Shown: positions 1 to 9,871, counted from the stretch's first letter. The stretch: DNA of 64,000 bases from Candidatus Obscuribacteraceae bacterium (GCA_044226015.1 JBGAHS010000004.1:704001-768000), one strand, 5' to 3'. Notes: generated by a model not told the origin, from the letters alone. Made by a program: numbers and translations.

Positions 1-9
1 CTTGAAACC

Positions 10-378
10 TTGCAGACAATGGTGAAAGCAATAAACAATCATGATTGGAAGACCTACGAAAATTATTTAGACGACCATTGCACCACTTTCGACGAAAACA
101 CCAAGAAGTTAATTGCCGGAAAAGAAAATGTCGTCGCAGACATGCGCGACAAAGTTGAAAAATATGCCAAAGCCGGAGCCCCGTTCCTGCACGTCACTAT
201 CGATCACCCCTATGCCAAGGTAATCAGTGCAGATACAGCTATCGTCAATTTGGTCGCAATTCGTGAGTATGGTGGCAAGCATCCATTCAAAGAAGAGTGC
301 AAAGTCACGGATATCTTTGTGAAGCATGGTGATACCTGGAAGAAATGCCATTTCAGAGGTACCTGGAAGCGGGTTTAA
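10..378 (+). CDS. NTF2-like/SnoaL (DUF4440-type) protein, probably 5'-truncated by the window edge
   Basis: Pattern AINNHDW...LDD...G(K)ENV...DTAIV...TDIFVKHGDTWK is typical of NTF2-like folds; the frame is open to the window start. Confidence 0.65.
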   Translation: MQTMVKAINNHDWKTYENYLDDHCTTFDENTKKLIAGKENVVADMRDKVEKYAKAGAPFLHVTIDHPYAKVISADTAIVNLVAIREYGGKHPFKEECKVTDIFVKHGDTWKKCHFRGTWKRV

Positions 379-583
379 TTGAATGCCCGAAGGCAAAAAG
401 TCCAAGTTCGATAAAGAAGAGCGAAAGCTGCAAATTTATTTCGGCTTGGGTATTGCCTTCGTTGTTTTGGGATTACTGACCTTTGTGATTTTAGTAATTA
501 AAGACTTGCATCACTAGTTGCACGGCTTCGATGCTCTGCTTTTCTTTTCTGGTCTCGGCTCTTTGGACCGGCCTCTTCTGACT

Positions 584-1010
584 AGCAGCGCAAGCGGTAC
601 CGTTTCGGTCAGCAACGCAAGCGGTACCGTTTCAGCTTAGCAGCGCAAGCGGTACCGTTTCGGTCAGCAACGCAAGCGGTACCGTTTCGGCTAACAACGC
701 AAGCGGTACCGTTTCGGTCAGCAACGCAAGCGGTACCGTTTCGGCTTAGCAACTCAAGCGGTACCGTTTCGGCTTAGCAACTCAAGCGGTACCGTTTCGG
801 TCAGCAACGCAAGCGGTACCGTTTCGGCTTAGCAACTCAAGCGGTACCGTTTCAGCTTAGCAACTCAAGCGGTACCGTTTCGGCTTAGCAACTCAAGCGG
901 TACCGTTTCGGTTTAGCAACTCAAGCGGTACCGTTTCGGTTTAGCAACTCAAGCGGTACCGTTTCGGTTTAGCAACTCAAGCGGTACCGTTTCGGCTAAC
1001 AACTCAAGCG
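584..1010. repeat. Tandem array, 15 full copies plus a partial, of a 27/28-bp unit AGCAAC[G/T]CAAGCGGTACCGTTTC[G/A]G(TC/CTT/TTT)
   Basis: GGTACC at 596, 623, 651, 678, 705, 732, 760, 788, 815, 843, 871, 899, 927, 955, 983; no unique spacers. Confidence 0.97.
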
Positions 1011-1024
1011 CCATTACTCGCCCT

Positions 1025-1900
1025 CTAACCTTGGGCAGTTTTCGATCCTGGTGGTGGCGGTGTTGGAATATCTTCGGGAATCGTCGCAACAAACTCAGGA
1101 TGCAGCCCAACAATTTCCACTAAGATATCATCGCGTTCTTTTTTGCTTACCTGTCTTTGTTGAAGGCCTAGATGATCGACTTCTGCCCTTTGTCCAAAGC
1201 ACATTCCGATCATTCGGTCATCAAATGCTCGACGAGAGTTCAGCTCAAAATTGAATGGACTCCAGTCTCTCGTTCTTTCATGATAATCTAAGAACTCTCC
1301 TTCCTTCGCAGGAAAGTAATCAACTCTGCAATCCAATAAGTCCTGCCGATGCATAGGAATCCAGTTGATATGCCATTTATGGTCCACCAATTTTAGTTCC
1401 TTGACCCATGGTACTGTGCTTGGTGGCAATAACGCATCGTTCAAAAGTATTGGTTCGACATGCAAGATTGACGCGTCGACCAAGTAATTTTCATCTGAGA
1501 GTCTCACCACTACTGTTCCATGATTTGGTGGCAGATGTGGTGCTACTAACATAGTAGCTACTCCGCGAACGGCATCAAAGCCCAGTTCTCTTAATAGTAA
1601 TTGCAGCGCACCATTGCCAGCCCAGCAAGTTCCACCGGTTCCCCATTTCAGCCAGCTTTCGAAGAAATCAATTTCATCGCTACCGGGGAGTGGTTCAGAA
1701 CTTTTCCGGTGACGATGAATTAGTTTTCTTGAGTTATCGAATGGAACCCCTTTGCTCCAGGCTCGATATACCTGTTTCAATCCCGGAAGGTCGGTAGCAG
1801 GCACATTTGTCAATCCAAGCATTAAAAGGATTCGCTCAAGGAGGTCTCTAGTAATTTTGTTTTCGTGCGCCTGCAATGTTTCTGCCTCATTATTTTGCAA
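1025..1900 (-). CDS. Arylamine N-acetyltransferase family protein
   Basis: VPFDN, GGTCW (catalytic Cys), PNHGTVVV (His) and YLVDA (Asp) triad motifs. Confidence 0.85.
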   Translation of the reverse strand: MQNNEAETLQAHENKITRDLLERILLMLGLTNVPATDLPGLKQVYRAWSKGVPFDNSRKLIHRHRKSSEPLPGSDEIDFFESWLKWGTGGTCWAGNGALQLLLRELGFDAVRGVATMLVAPHLPPNHGTVVVRLSDENYLVDASILHVEPILLNDALLPPSTVPWVKELKLVDHKWHINWIPMHRQDLLDCRVDYFPAKEGEFLDYHERTRDWSPFNFELNSRRAFDDRMIGMCFGQRAEVDHLGLQQRQVSKKERDDILVEIVGLHPEFVATIPEDIPTPPPPGSKTAQG

Positions 1901-1946
1901 AATCTGTATCTGTTTTAAACGCTACTCTGACAAGATTTCTTACGCA

Positions 1947-2055
1947 ACCCCTGGACTGAATTGCGAAATTTGGACTGAATTTTGAACCCTGGACTGAATT
2001 GCGAAACTTGGACTGAATTGCGAACCCTGGACTGAGTTGCGAAACCTGGACAGAA
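1947..2055. repeat. 19-bp tandem repeat (CCTGGACTGAATTGCGAAA-like), about 6 copies
   Basis: GGAC[T/A]G at 1953, 1972, 1991, 2010, 2029, 2048. Confidence 0.92.
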
Positions 2056-2153
2056 TAATGCTCTAGCGAACTGCCTTTTGCGAAAACCATCTGCCTAACT
2101 GCCTTTCGCGAAATCTGTCAATTCGCTGAGAATCACTAATGGTGCTCAGTTTG

Positions 2154-2230
2154 CGCACTATTGCTGGTCATTATTTCTAGAATTCCGATTCGCACTATCG
2201 CTGGTCATTATTTCTAGAATCCTGATTCGC
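2154..2230. repeat. 37-bp direct duplication overlapping the stop codon of the TPR gene
   Basis: CGCACTAT[T/C]GCTGGTCATTATTTCTAGAAT.C.GATT at 2154 and 2191. Confidence 0.9.
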
Positions 2231-3479
2231 CCTCTTTTTGAGGCTTCTTTTCAGGTGTTGCCGTCATCTCTGGAATACTCGTTGGAGCAGTTCCAGTTAA
2301 ATCAGTGAATGTTTTTGCAATCATCTCCTGCGGGCGTTGACGTTTGAATTCACTTACAGCATAAGACGCTTCCGAAACTTTGCTCTGCATCGACAGCGCT
2401 TTCGCTAGATGCAACCAGTCGATAACACAGCTGGGGCAAGATTGAAGTACCTCGCGAAAATGAGTCGCGGCAGAGTCGTAGTCTCCCATCGCCATCTCAA
2501 TCAGACCAATTTCTCGCAAGATGTAATAGTCCTTGTTCGCATTGAATTGTGCTTGTTTGGCTGCAGAAAGTGCTGCCTCTGCTCCCTTGAGATTTCCGCT
2601 GCTGTTCTTCTTTTTGAGATCCACAGGCTTTTGATTTGCTCTGGCTTGCAAAAATTTGCCTGTGTCAAAGTTGTCGAATAAAAATGGATCCCAATTGAAA
2701 TTGTGCTGCGCCGGATACCCGATTGCAGTCATAGGTCGCAGTGATGGACGTTTATTTGATGCTGCTTTCTGCCACGCTGCTAGGTGTTTCTGCGCCGCGC
2801 TCGTGTCTCCCTGGAGATAATCGAGTTTAGAGAGAAGCAGTAAGACTGGATAATATGACTTGATTGTTTCTGCGTGCTCCGCTGCTCTGCGCGCCGAATT
2901 TAAATTACCCGCCAGGTAGTTGAGTACAGCCAAGCCATGATAAGCAAGCTGCGAGCCAGTTCTTGATTTGATAAGCAAACGAAAGTATTCGTCGGCTTTT
3001 GCAAAATCACCTTTTCGCATATAGGCAAATGCGATATCTCCATTAATTTCAGTGATTCTGCTGTCGCGCTCAAGCGCTTTTGTCCATGATGCGATCGCCG
3101 CATCGTAGTCATGCTGAAGGTAATAAGCAAAGCCTGTCGTAATCAGTATTTCAGCTGTTTTCTCTAACTGGTAGGCGCGCTTCAATACGTCCAGCGCTTC
3201 GCCGTACTTACCTTGTCGAACATAGACAAGACCCAGTGTCGCTGCCGAAGTGGCATCGGTGGGATCCGACTCAGTAGCCTCAATTAGCAAGGTGGAGGCT
3301 TTGTCGTAAAACCCTTTGTTCATGTTGGTGATTGCTGCTGATAACAATCTTTGCGACTTCTCTCGTTGATTAGTGTTCCATGATTGCAAATGACCTTGAG
3401 CAAAAACGGGAATGCCACCACTCAAAATAAGCAATGACATAGTTACAGTTAGTATTCTTGATGCTTTCTGGATGGTCAT
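2214..3479 (-). CDS. Secreted tetratricopeptide-repeat protein
   Basis: Signal peptide ending VFA-Q; multiple TPR motifs (LGLVYVRQGKYGEA, GFAYYLQHDYDAA, IGLIEMAMGDYDSA). Confidence 0.85.
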   Translation of the reverse strand: MTIQKASRILTVTMSLLILSGGIPVFAQGHLQSWNTNQREKSQRLLSAAITNMNKGFYDKASTLLIEATESDPTDATSAATLGLVYVRQGKYGEALDVLKRAYQLEKTAEILITTGFAYYLQHDYDAAIASWTKALERDSRITEINGDIAFAYMRKGDFAKADEYFRLLIKSRTGSQLAYHGLAVLNYLAGNLNSARRAAEHAETIKSYYPVLLLLSKLDYLQGDTSAAQKHLAAWQKAASNKRPSLRPMTAIGYPAQHNFNWDPFLFDNFDTGKFLQARANQKPVDLKKKNSSGNLKGAEAALSAAKQAQFNANKDYYILREIGLIEMAMGDYDSAATHFREVLQSCPSCVIDWLHLAKALSMQSKVSEASYAVSEFKRQRPQEMIAKTFTDLTGTAPTSIPEMTATPEKKPQKEGESGF

Positions 3480-3490
3480 ATCTTTCTCGG

Positions 3491-4168
3491 TTAAAACACA
3501 AAAACGGGACGATCAGGTAATTTTTCAAAATCTTGTTCTGAGAAGCTGTAGAGCCTCGCAGGGCGATACGAGCCTTCCTGGCTTGTTTCGTTTAACTCTT
3601 GCAGCACTCCTGAGCTGAGGAACTTTTTGCGAAAGTTCCTATTGTCGACGGGTTTGCCGAGAATTGCTTCGTAAACCGTTTGCAAATCGCGGAGAGTGAA
3701 CTTTTGCGGAAGCAACTTGAATGCCGCTGGTGAATACTCAACTTTGTATTTTAATCGCTGATAACCGTAACTCACAATATGTGTATGGTCGAAGGCTAGT
3801 TGCGGTAGTTCAGCGATTGGCCACCACGCAACGCCAGAAGCATCAGTGCTCGCTCTCAGTTCCAGTCCCTCCTGGCGTAGCAATGCCAGATATGCGACCG
3901 TGACTACGCGACCTCTTGGGTCTCTTCCTTGATCTCCAAAAGTGTACAACTGCTCTAAGTAGACGTTGGAAACGTTAGTCTCCTCGTACAGTTCTCTCGT
4001 AGCAGCATCATCAAGGCTTTTGTCGCTGTCGAGTACGAAGCCACCAGGTAATGCCCAAAATGACTTAAATGGCTCATATTTACGCTTTACGAGAAGCACT
4101 TCTAGATTTCCCTGGGCCACAGCAAAGGCCAGAGTATCAACAGTTATCTTTACGTTTTCAGAAGGCAT
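3491..4168 (-). CDS. nrtR: NrtR-family regulator (Nudix domain plus C-terminal winged helix)
   Basis: WALPGGF..RELYEET, YLEQLYTFG..RDPRGRVVTVAY, LAFDH, FTLRDLQTVYEAILG..DNRNFRKK, RPARLYSF. Confidence 0.85.
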   Translation of the reverse strand: MPSENVKITVDTLAFAVAQGNLEVLLVKRKYEPFKSFWALPGGFVLDSDKSLDDAATRELYEETNVSNVYLEQLYTFGDQGRDPRGRVVTVAYLALLRQEGLELRASTDASGVAWWPIAELPQLAFDHTHIVSYGYQRLKYKVEYSPAAFKLLPQKFTLRDLQTVYEAILGKPVDNRNFRKKFLSSGVLQELNETSQEGSYRPARLYSFSEQDFEKLPDRPVFVF

Positions 4169-4609
4169 TTGAAGAAATGGGCTTTCTTTTACCAGGGGGA
4201 ATTTGAATTCTGTGTATTGCTTTCGACAGACTTAGTTCAAATGTGAGAGTTATTCTAGCCAGTTTCGTATGGTTTGGAAATGATAGAAGTCCCATGATTC
4301 TCGAAATGAACGTATTGTCTACGTTATACCCGCGACTGGAACTGTAGCCGCTTTGTAGCCAGATTAAATCGCTACAGCGAAAAAGCTATTGATTATGACT
4401 TTTCTCTATCTCAAGTAATACTGGATAGGTGCTTTTGGACTCCAGTGCTTATGCGCGAATTTCACGAAATTGCCCCAATCTTCTAACTTGTCAACATGGT
4501 TTTTCGGAATTATTGTAATTGTGACGTCTTGTCGACTTACTAATGTTCAATTACAAACGAATTTCTAAATTCCAACTACAACCGACTTACTAGTTTCCAA
4601 ATACAAGCG

Positions 4610-5101
4610 GTGACTCATATGCGCCTGAAAGTGCTTCTTTTGCCTATTGCTGTGCTTTTTTCTCTCTTACCAGCGTCTGCAGATGAGAGAGTAGGTCTTC
4701 CGCCTTGTCGGACCAGTGTCTATATGGGTCAACCAGGAGATGGCATACGTTCAGACCTGGGAAACTCCATCTACGGGCAACGTGTTGTTCGTAGCGGAGC
4801 GCCTCAGATGGGTTTGCCTACTTGTAGAAACAGCGCTTACATGGGACAACCTGGCGATGGCATCAGGTCTGATCTCGGTAACAGCATCCAGGGTGGGCGA
4901 ACTCAGCAACAGGCACCGCGGGTGGGGCTACCTGCCTGTAGAAATAGCGCTTACATGGGACAACCGGGTGACAGTATCAGGAGTGATCTGGGAAGGCAGA
5001 TTTCTGGGCAGTCGGTGCAACGACGGGTCCAAGCGATGCGACCGGCGGCTCAAACGAACTCTTATTCATATGCGTACACTTACGCCGACTACAGGCGCTA
5101 G
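4610..5101 (+). CDS. Secreted small protein with three GLPxCRxSxYMGQPGDxIRSDLG repeats
   Basis: Hydrophobic signal ending ASA-D; repeats conserved at amino-acid level with synonymous nucleotide divergence. Confidence 0.8.
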   Translation: MTHMRLKVLLLPIAVLFSLLPASADERVGLPPCRTSVYMGQPGDGIRSDLGNSIYGQRVVRSGAPQMGLPTCRNSAYMGQPGDGIRSDLGNSIQGGRTQQQAPRVGLPACRNSAYMGQPGDSIRSDLGRQISGQSVQRRVQAMRPAAQTNSYSYAYTYADYRR

Positions 5102-5319
5102 TGCAGGATCACTGGGTTTACTAACCGGATGTAATAGAGCCTCTCTCTAGCTGATAGCTTGAGCGGATGCCGCACTGCTTCTCTCTATCTTATAGCTTCT
5201 CGCTGGACTCCGCGGTGCTTGTAGCTTGAGTTGCTGCTTCTTGCTAGCCAAAAGCTTGCGCAGAATTTGGTAAATCAATTATAGCTTTGAGCTGGATCCG
5301 GTAATGCGGCATATAGACC

Positions 5320-6705
5320 TTGAGCACTGCGCAAGTTATAGTAAACTTTATCTCGCGTCAATCAGGTGTTAATCACGTGTGCATTAAAGAAGCCTGCCGT
5401 TTCCCCGCTTCACTATCGTTACTCAGCATCACCTTCTTGCTAGCAGCCCTGGTATTCGATAGCTCCAGTACTTACTCTAAGGACTTGTCCCAGCAGGTTA
5501 CTTCGTACAAAGATCAGGATAAAGTGGTTGCCAAAAACGCAATCGATAAGAAGCTTTGGTTCAAGTTTAAGGGGAAGCCGAAATTTATATTGGGAACGAA
5601 CTTTCCCTGGTATAACGGTTATCGCAGCCTCGATTTTGGGACATTGAAAGGCACACGCACCATTTCGACTGTAGCCAGTATTGATGGCAAAGATCTTCAG
5701 TCTCCAGCAGAGGCGATTTTGCCCGGTGCCACCGGATTTGATGCCGAAGGAATAGAAGCTCAACTGGCAGACATGGAGAAAATGCAAATCCACGTTCTTC
5801 GCTGGTTCTTTGGCGGAGATGGGCGCAGCTTCATGAATTTCGATAACGATGGCAACTGCACGGGTATAGATGAGTCAACATTGAAGAATGTTGAAACAGC
5901 ACTCGCGGCAGCAAAACGTCATCATGTCTATGTGACTCCATGTCTGCTTGATTTTCGATTTATTTCTGGAGACAAGTTCGTTAGATTTGCCGATGGCAAG
6001 CCGGCTCCATACTTGGCTAACGTGATTCGAGATCCTGCGAAACGTCATCAGCTGATAGACAAATTTATAAAACCTCTTGCCGCTAAGTTCGCAGACGAGG
6101 ACATTATTTTGTATTGGGAAGTCATGAATGAGTGTGCAAACGTTGTTAATGGAACGGACAGTGTAACGGGCTTCTCATTGCACGGTGGTGAGAGAAGGGC
6201 TAGAGACAAAAGTGTAAGCCCTGAACAAATGCAATCATTCCTCAACGAAGCTTATGATGCTATCAAAAGTGTTGATAAGCATCATCCAGTAATGCCCTCT
6301 GGTCTCGCTCGACCAGGGCAGCTTCCCCTAATTATTGGACGAGTAAAAGCCGATCTGTACGGGGCTCATTACAATGATAATGGCTCGGAGTTCCGTGAAA
6401 TAAAATCGATTGATGAACTAAATCAGGACTTGAAGCAATACAAGATCACCATTGATAAACCGCTGATCATGACAGAGGGGTCATCGACTCTGCGAACAAA
6501 AATGGACGAATATATTCGTGCTGCGTACAACGGTGGATGGGCTGGTGTTCTTCCCTGGCAGTATTACAAAACTGTTGGACTCAACGACTTCATCCGCTAC
6601 AAAAAGCATGTAACATCTGCTGATGGAAATCCGAATTCAAAAGGCAATATCGAGTTCTACAAACAATTTGCTAAGGAGCACAAAAACGACGTCTCTCTTG
6701 ATTAA
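5320..6705 (+). CDS. Clan GH-A glycoside hydrolase (GH5-like, mannanase/cellulase type), exported
   Basis: GTNFPW, VLRWF, WEVMNE (acid/base), AHY, IMTEG (nucleophile), GVLPWQY; N-terminal hydrophobic segment; start uncertain. Confidence 0.8.
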   Translation: MSTAQVIVNFISRQSGVNHVCIKEACRFPASLSLLSITFLLAALVFDSSSTYSKDLSQQVTSYKDQDKVVAKNAIDKKLWFKFKGKPKFILGTNFPWYNGYRSLDFGTLKGTRTISTVASIDGKDLQSPAEAILPGATGFDAEGIEAQLADMEKMQIHVLRWFFGGDGRSFMNFDNDGNCTGIDESTLKNVETALAAAKRHHVYVTPCLLDFRFISGDKFVRFADGKPAPYLANVIRDPAKRHQLIDKFIKPLAAKFADEDIILYWEVMNECANVVNGTDSVTGFSLHGGERRARDKSVSPEQMQSFLNEAYDAIKSVDKHHPVMPSGLARPGQLPLIIGRVKADLYGAHYNDNGSEFREIKSIDELNQDLKQYKITIDKPLIMTEGSSTLRTKMDEYIRAAYNGGWAGVLPWQYYKTVGLNDFIRYKKHVTSADGNPNSKGNIEFYKQFAKEHKNDVSLD

Positions 6706-6713
6706 CGAGATCA

Positions 6714-7682
6714 TCACTGCGGCAGCACATCGCCCATAACAAATTTCATGCCGCGTGAATAGTATTGCGGTGGTGGCGCTTCGTGCGGACCATCAATCTC
6801 GTCTAGGTGATTGACTACGCCCTTTTCCCTTAATGCTTCAACTATACTTCGCTGAAGATTTGGCGGCACAACTCGGTCGTTCTTTGCTGATAGAACGTAG
6901 ACTCTTACTTTTGGAGCAAGGCTATCGATGTTGTACAGAAAGCTCTTCTTGTGAAACGTTGATGCGACTTGATCTGGTGTGCCACCATAAGCAATCATCA
7001 TCGCTTGCTTAACTGAATCAGCTCCCGTTTCTTTGAACAACTGCGCAAGGTCCCCAGCACCTTCAATGCATATGACACCAGTTACCTTCTCCTTAATGTC
7101 CTGCGGAGCCGTCGCTGCAAAGTTCAGTGAAACACAGGCACCCATCGATGTTCCCATCAGAACTATAGATTGAAATGGATACTTCTGTGATACTTCCCGA
7201 ATGTTCTGGCAAAGGTCCTCAATTGCTTGATCATTTCCCCATGATGCTTCTTTTCTGTAGCTAACAGAAAGTACCCCCACCTTCGGATTCTCTCTGGTAA
7301 TTGCGGACGCCATGCTCTGGCTAGCTGGGGTCACGAAAGGCTCCATTTGATTAGAGCCCATTCCGTGCAAGTAGACCACTAATGTGTAATCAAGCGCTCC
7401 TGGAGTGAATTGGGGTGCCTGGAACGCATAAGAATCTATCAATCCATCGACCTTGCTGACGAAATTCTGTTTTTGCACCGGGTCGCCTGGCGCAGATTGA
7501 TTTATTTGATTCATGACACCGGCGCTTTGCACTACAGCCAGGCTTCGCTCTAGCTGAGCCTTTTCTTTTCTTGCGCTACGATAATGCCCATGCTCACTCA
7601 GAAACAAAATGAAGAAGACTATGCCTGCAGCATTTAGCAGAAGCGAAAGAACAAGGATGATGACTAGAATTGGGTTTTTCAA
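6714..7682 (-). CDS. Membrane-anchored alpha/beta hydrolase
   Basis: N-terminal TM, YLHGMG, GTSMG nucleophile elbow, NDRVVP (Asp), GPH (His). Confidence 0.85.
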   Translation of the reverse strand: MKNPILVIILVLSLLLNAAGIVFFILFLSEHGHYRSARKEKAQLERSLAVVQSAGVMNQINQSAPGDPVQKQNFVSKVDGLIDSYAFQAPQFTPGALDYTLVVYLHGMGSNQMEPFVTPASQSMASAITRENPKVGVLSVSYRKEASWGNDQAIEDLCQNIREVSQKYPFQSIVLMGTSMGACVSLNFAATAPQDIKEKVTGVICIEGAGDLAQLFKETGADSVKQAMMIAYGGTPDQVASTFHKKSFLYNIDSLAPKVRVYVLSAKNDRVVPPNLQRSIVEALREKGVVNHLDEIDGPHEAPPPQYYSRGMKFVMGDVLPQ

Positions 7683-7745
7683 GAGGGACTCTTTTGAGCG
7701 AATCTAATATCTCACGCAGTGAGGTTCAGTGTAAGATTTTGGTGT

Positions 7746-8558
7746 ATGAGCAGGGAATTTCCTACACGACTGAATTTGCTAATTTTATCGGCTCTGTGCA
7801 CATTTGTTTGTGAGCAAAGCGAAGTAAATGCGTACGAATCTCTTGCAGAACAACGCGGGCAAGAGCTTTTGGCTAATGAAGCAGTTCCTTCACAAAAGAA
7901 GTCACAAACTCTGAGGAAAATCCCTGAAGCAAGGACTGAAGAAGCTTCAGAGTCAACGATATCCAGCGAAGCCGCACAAGAGAAAGCACGACAATTCAAT
8001 AAAGAGGGCGCTGCCCTTTTAACACAGAAGAAGCCTGCTGAGGCTGCTGAAATGTTTCGAAAAGCGATTCAAATTAGCCCTGAAGGCGCTGCCGCTCACA
8101 ATAATCTGGCACTCGTATTAAAAGATATGGGCAATTTCGTAGAGGCTGAGAAAGAAGCCAGAATTGCATGTAAATTACGTGCTGATAAAGCGAATTACCA
8201 GTTTAATTTAGGGCTGATATTGCAACATCAAACGAAGTGGAGCGAGGCAGAATCTTGTTTCCGGGCGACCCAAAAAGTTGAACCCATGGACGCTGAAAAC
8301 CTTTTTCGCTTGTCTCAAGTACTTCTTCAGGAATCTCGACCCGAAGAGGCTGAAACAGAAATTAAAATGGCAATTTTGCTGAAGCCTTCTGAGTCAGGCT
8401 ACCACAAGGTTTTAGCGGATTGCTATCTTCAAGAGAAAAAATATGACTCGGCCTTGTGCGAATATAGAAGTACGCTAGAGTTGAATCCCACTGGAGCTGA
8501 AGCCGGCGATGTCAAAAACAAAATTGAATATCTGCGGCAGGTTCTCAATTCGAAGTAA
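7746..8558 (+). CDS. Tetratricopeptide-repeat protein
   Basis: AAHNNLALVL, YQFNLGLIL and YHKVLADCY TPR motifs; ATG 7746 preferred over GTG 7719. Confidence 0.85.
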   Translation: MSREFPTRLNLLILSALCTFVCEQSEVNAYESLAEQRGQELLANEAVPSQKKSQTLRKIPEARTEEASESTISSEAAQEKARQFNKEGAALLTQKKPAEAAEMFRKAIQISPEGAAAHNNLALVLKDMGNFVEAEKEARIACKLRADKANYQFNLGLILQHQTKWSEAESCFRATQKVEPMDAENLFRLSQVLLQESRPEEAETEIKMAILLKPSESGYHKVLADCYLQEKKYDSALCEYRSTLELNPTGAEAGDVKNKIEYLRQVLNSK

Positions 8559-8593
8559 TCGTGGTTAGATTGAACTAGCATACAAGGAGCCGA

Positions 8594-9871
8594 ATGAAGG
8601 AAGCCGACCGATTATTGATATTGCAGCGACAGCTTGTAGTTACTGTGCTGTTTGTACTCTTGTTGGCGTGCTTTTGGCTCTTAGGTTTCTTCTTTGGTGA
8701 TATCTTGCGTATTCTTGGGATATCGATTGTGCTCTCGTACATGGCGATTAATATCGTCGATTGGTTGGAGAAAAGACTTAAGAATCGTGCACTGTCTGTG
8801 GTGCTTGTTTATTTGTGTATGTTGGCAATACTGAGCGTTGCGGTCTTGCTTATAGTTCCCGCAGTAGTTGTTCAGATCACTCAACTTGCCCAGACCACTT
8901 TTGAAGCAATACCTGAGCTTTTGCAAAAACTCAGCGCCATGCTTGTTCCGCTTGAGCAAAAATTCCACACCTATCAAATTGATATCAAAGCCGTTGATAT
9001 CATGAACAATGTTATAGCGAACATGCCAAAGCCCGACGCTTCGCTTCTAGTCTCGAAAGTCACCGATGTTGCTATGGGAACCGCTACGTGGTTGCTTTAT
9101 TGGGTATCCATTTCAGTCGTGACTTTTTATTTTCTCCTTGACGGTAATCGCATAACCGATGCGCTGATCAATCTTTTCCCCAACAAGCAACAACCCTTTC
9201 TTCGCGCGGTTGCAAATGACGCTGATAAGAGCTTGCAATCATTCTTCAGGGGGCAGCTCGTACTTGGGCTCGCCTTCGGTCTTTTGATGATGATTGTATA
9301 TTCTGCGTTTGGCGTTCAGTATGCCTTATTGCTGAGTCTTTTCCTCGGCGTGATGGAAATAATGCCTGTGATAGGACCTCCTATCGGATTTATTCCAGCG
9401 ATACTTTCCGTGGCTTTTCATGGCATGAATTTGCCGGGCAATAGATTAGCTCACGTAATTGTTTTGACAGTTGTTTTCTCTGTTTTACAGCAATTCAAAG
9501 ACAACCTCGTCGCTCCAAAGTACATTGGAAATGTAATTGGACTGCACCCAATAATGATCTTCATAGCCATTATGGTTGGTGCAAGACTTGATGGCACCCT
9601 TGGCATAATCTTCTCGTTGCCCGTTGCTTGCGTCCTGAACGTGTTTTTTACTCACCTGCGACGTGAGTGGATACAAGAGCACGAATCGCCCATGATGCCG
9701 GTTCCAGACGCTTTAGAATTGGCAGTCGGTGGCAAGCCGGATGGCGGACATGTTAGCTTTCACGGCGGTAATTTGCCTGCTTCTGACTCAGCTGGCATGA
9801 CTTCCGATGAAGGAGGCAGCTTGAGCCCTGAAAGGATGAGCGAATCTCAGAGGTCCGAAACACAGCGTTAG
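8594..9871 (+). CDS. AI-2E (PerM/TqsA) family transporter
   Basis: FYFLLDG, FFRGQL, IMPVIGP, PKYIGNVIGLHP, GIIFSLPVA; SD AAGGAG. Confidence 0.92.
   Translation: MKEADRLLILQRQLVVTVLFVLLLACFWLLGFFFGDILRILGISIVLSYMAINIVDWLEKRLKNRALSVVLVYLCMLAILSVAVLLIVPAVVVQITQLAQTTFEAIPELLQKLSAMLVPLEQKFHTYQIDIKAVDIMNNVIANMPKPDASLLVSKVTDVAMGTATWLLYWVSISVVTFYFLLDGNRITDALINLFPNKQQPFLRAVANDADKSLQSFFRGQLVLGLAFGLLMMIVYSAFGVQYALLLSLFLGVMEIMPVIGPPIGFIPAILSVAFHGMNLPGNRLAHVIVLTVVFSVLQQFKDNLVAPKYIGNVIGLHPIMIFIAIMVGARLDGTLGIIFSLPVACVLNVFFTHLRREWIQEHESPMMPVPDALELAVGGKPDGGHVSFHGGNLPASDSAGMTSDEGGSLSPERMSESQRSETQR

Noticed and set aside
584..1010. CRISPR array
   Set aside because: Units abut directly with no unique spacers, and no cas genes are in the window
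1890..2090. 66-aa ORF
   Set aside because: Runs through the 19-bp tandem repeat; no coding signal
3091..3098. Cyanobacterial HIP1 octamer GCGATCGC
   Set aside because: Isolated occurrence; no visible enrichment across the window
4511..4557. NrtR operator or TTGTAATTG/CAATTACAA inverted repeat
   Set aside because: Only one half-site fits a GT-N7-AC palindrome, and AT-rich 9-bp repeats arise easily by chance
4716..5150. Alternative-frame 144-aa ORF
   Set aside because: The 4610-5101 frame has the signal peptide and the amino-acid-level repeat conservation
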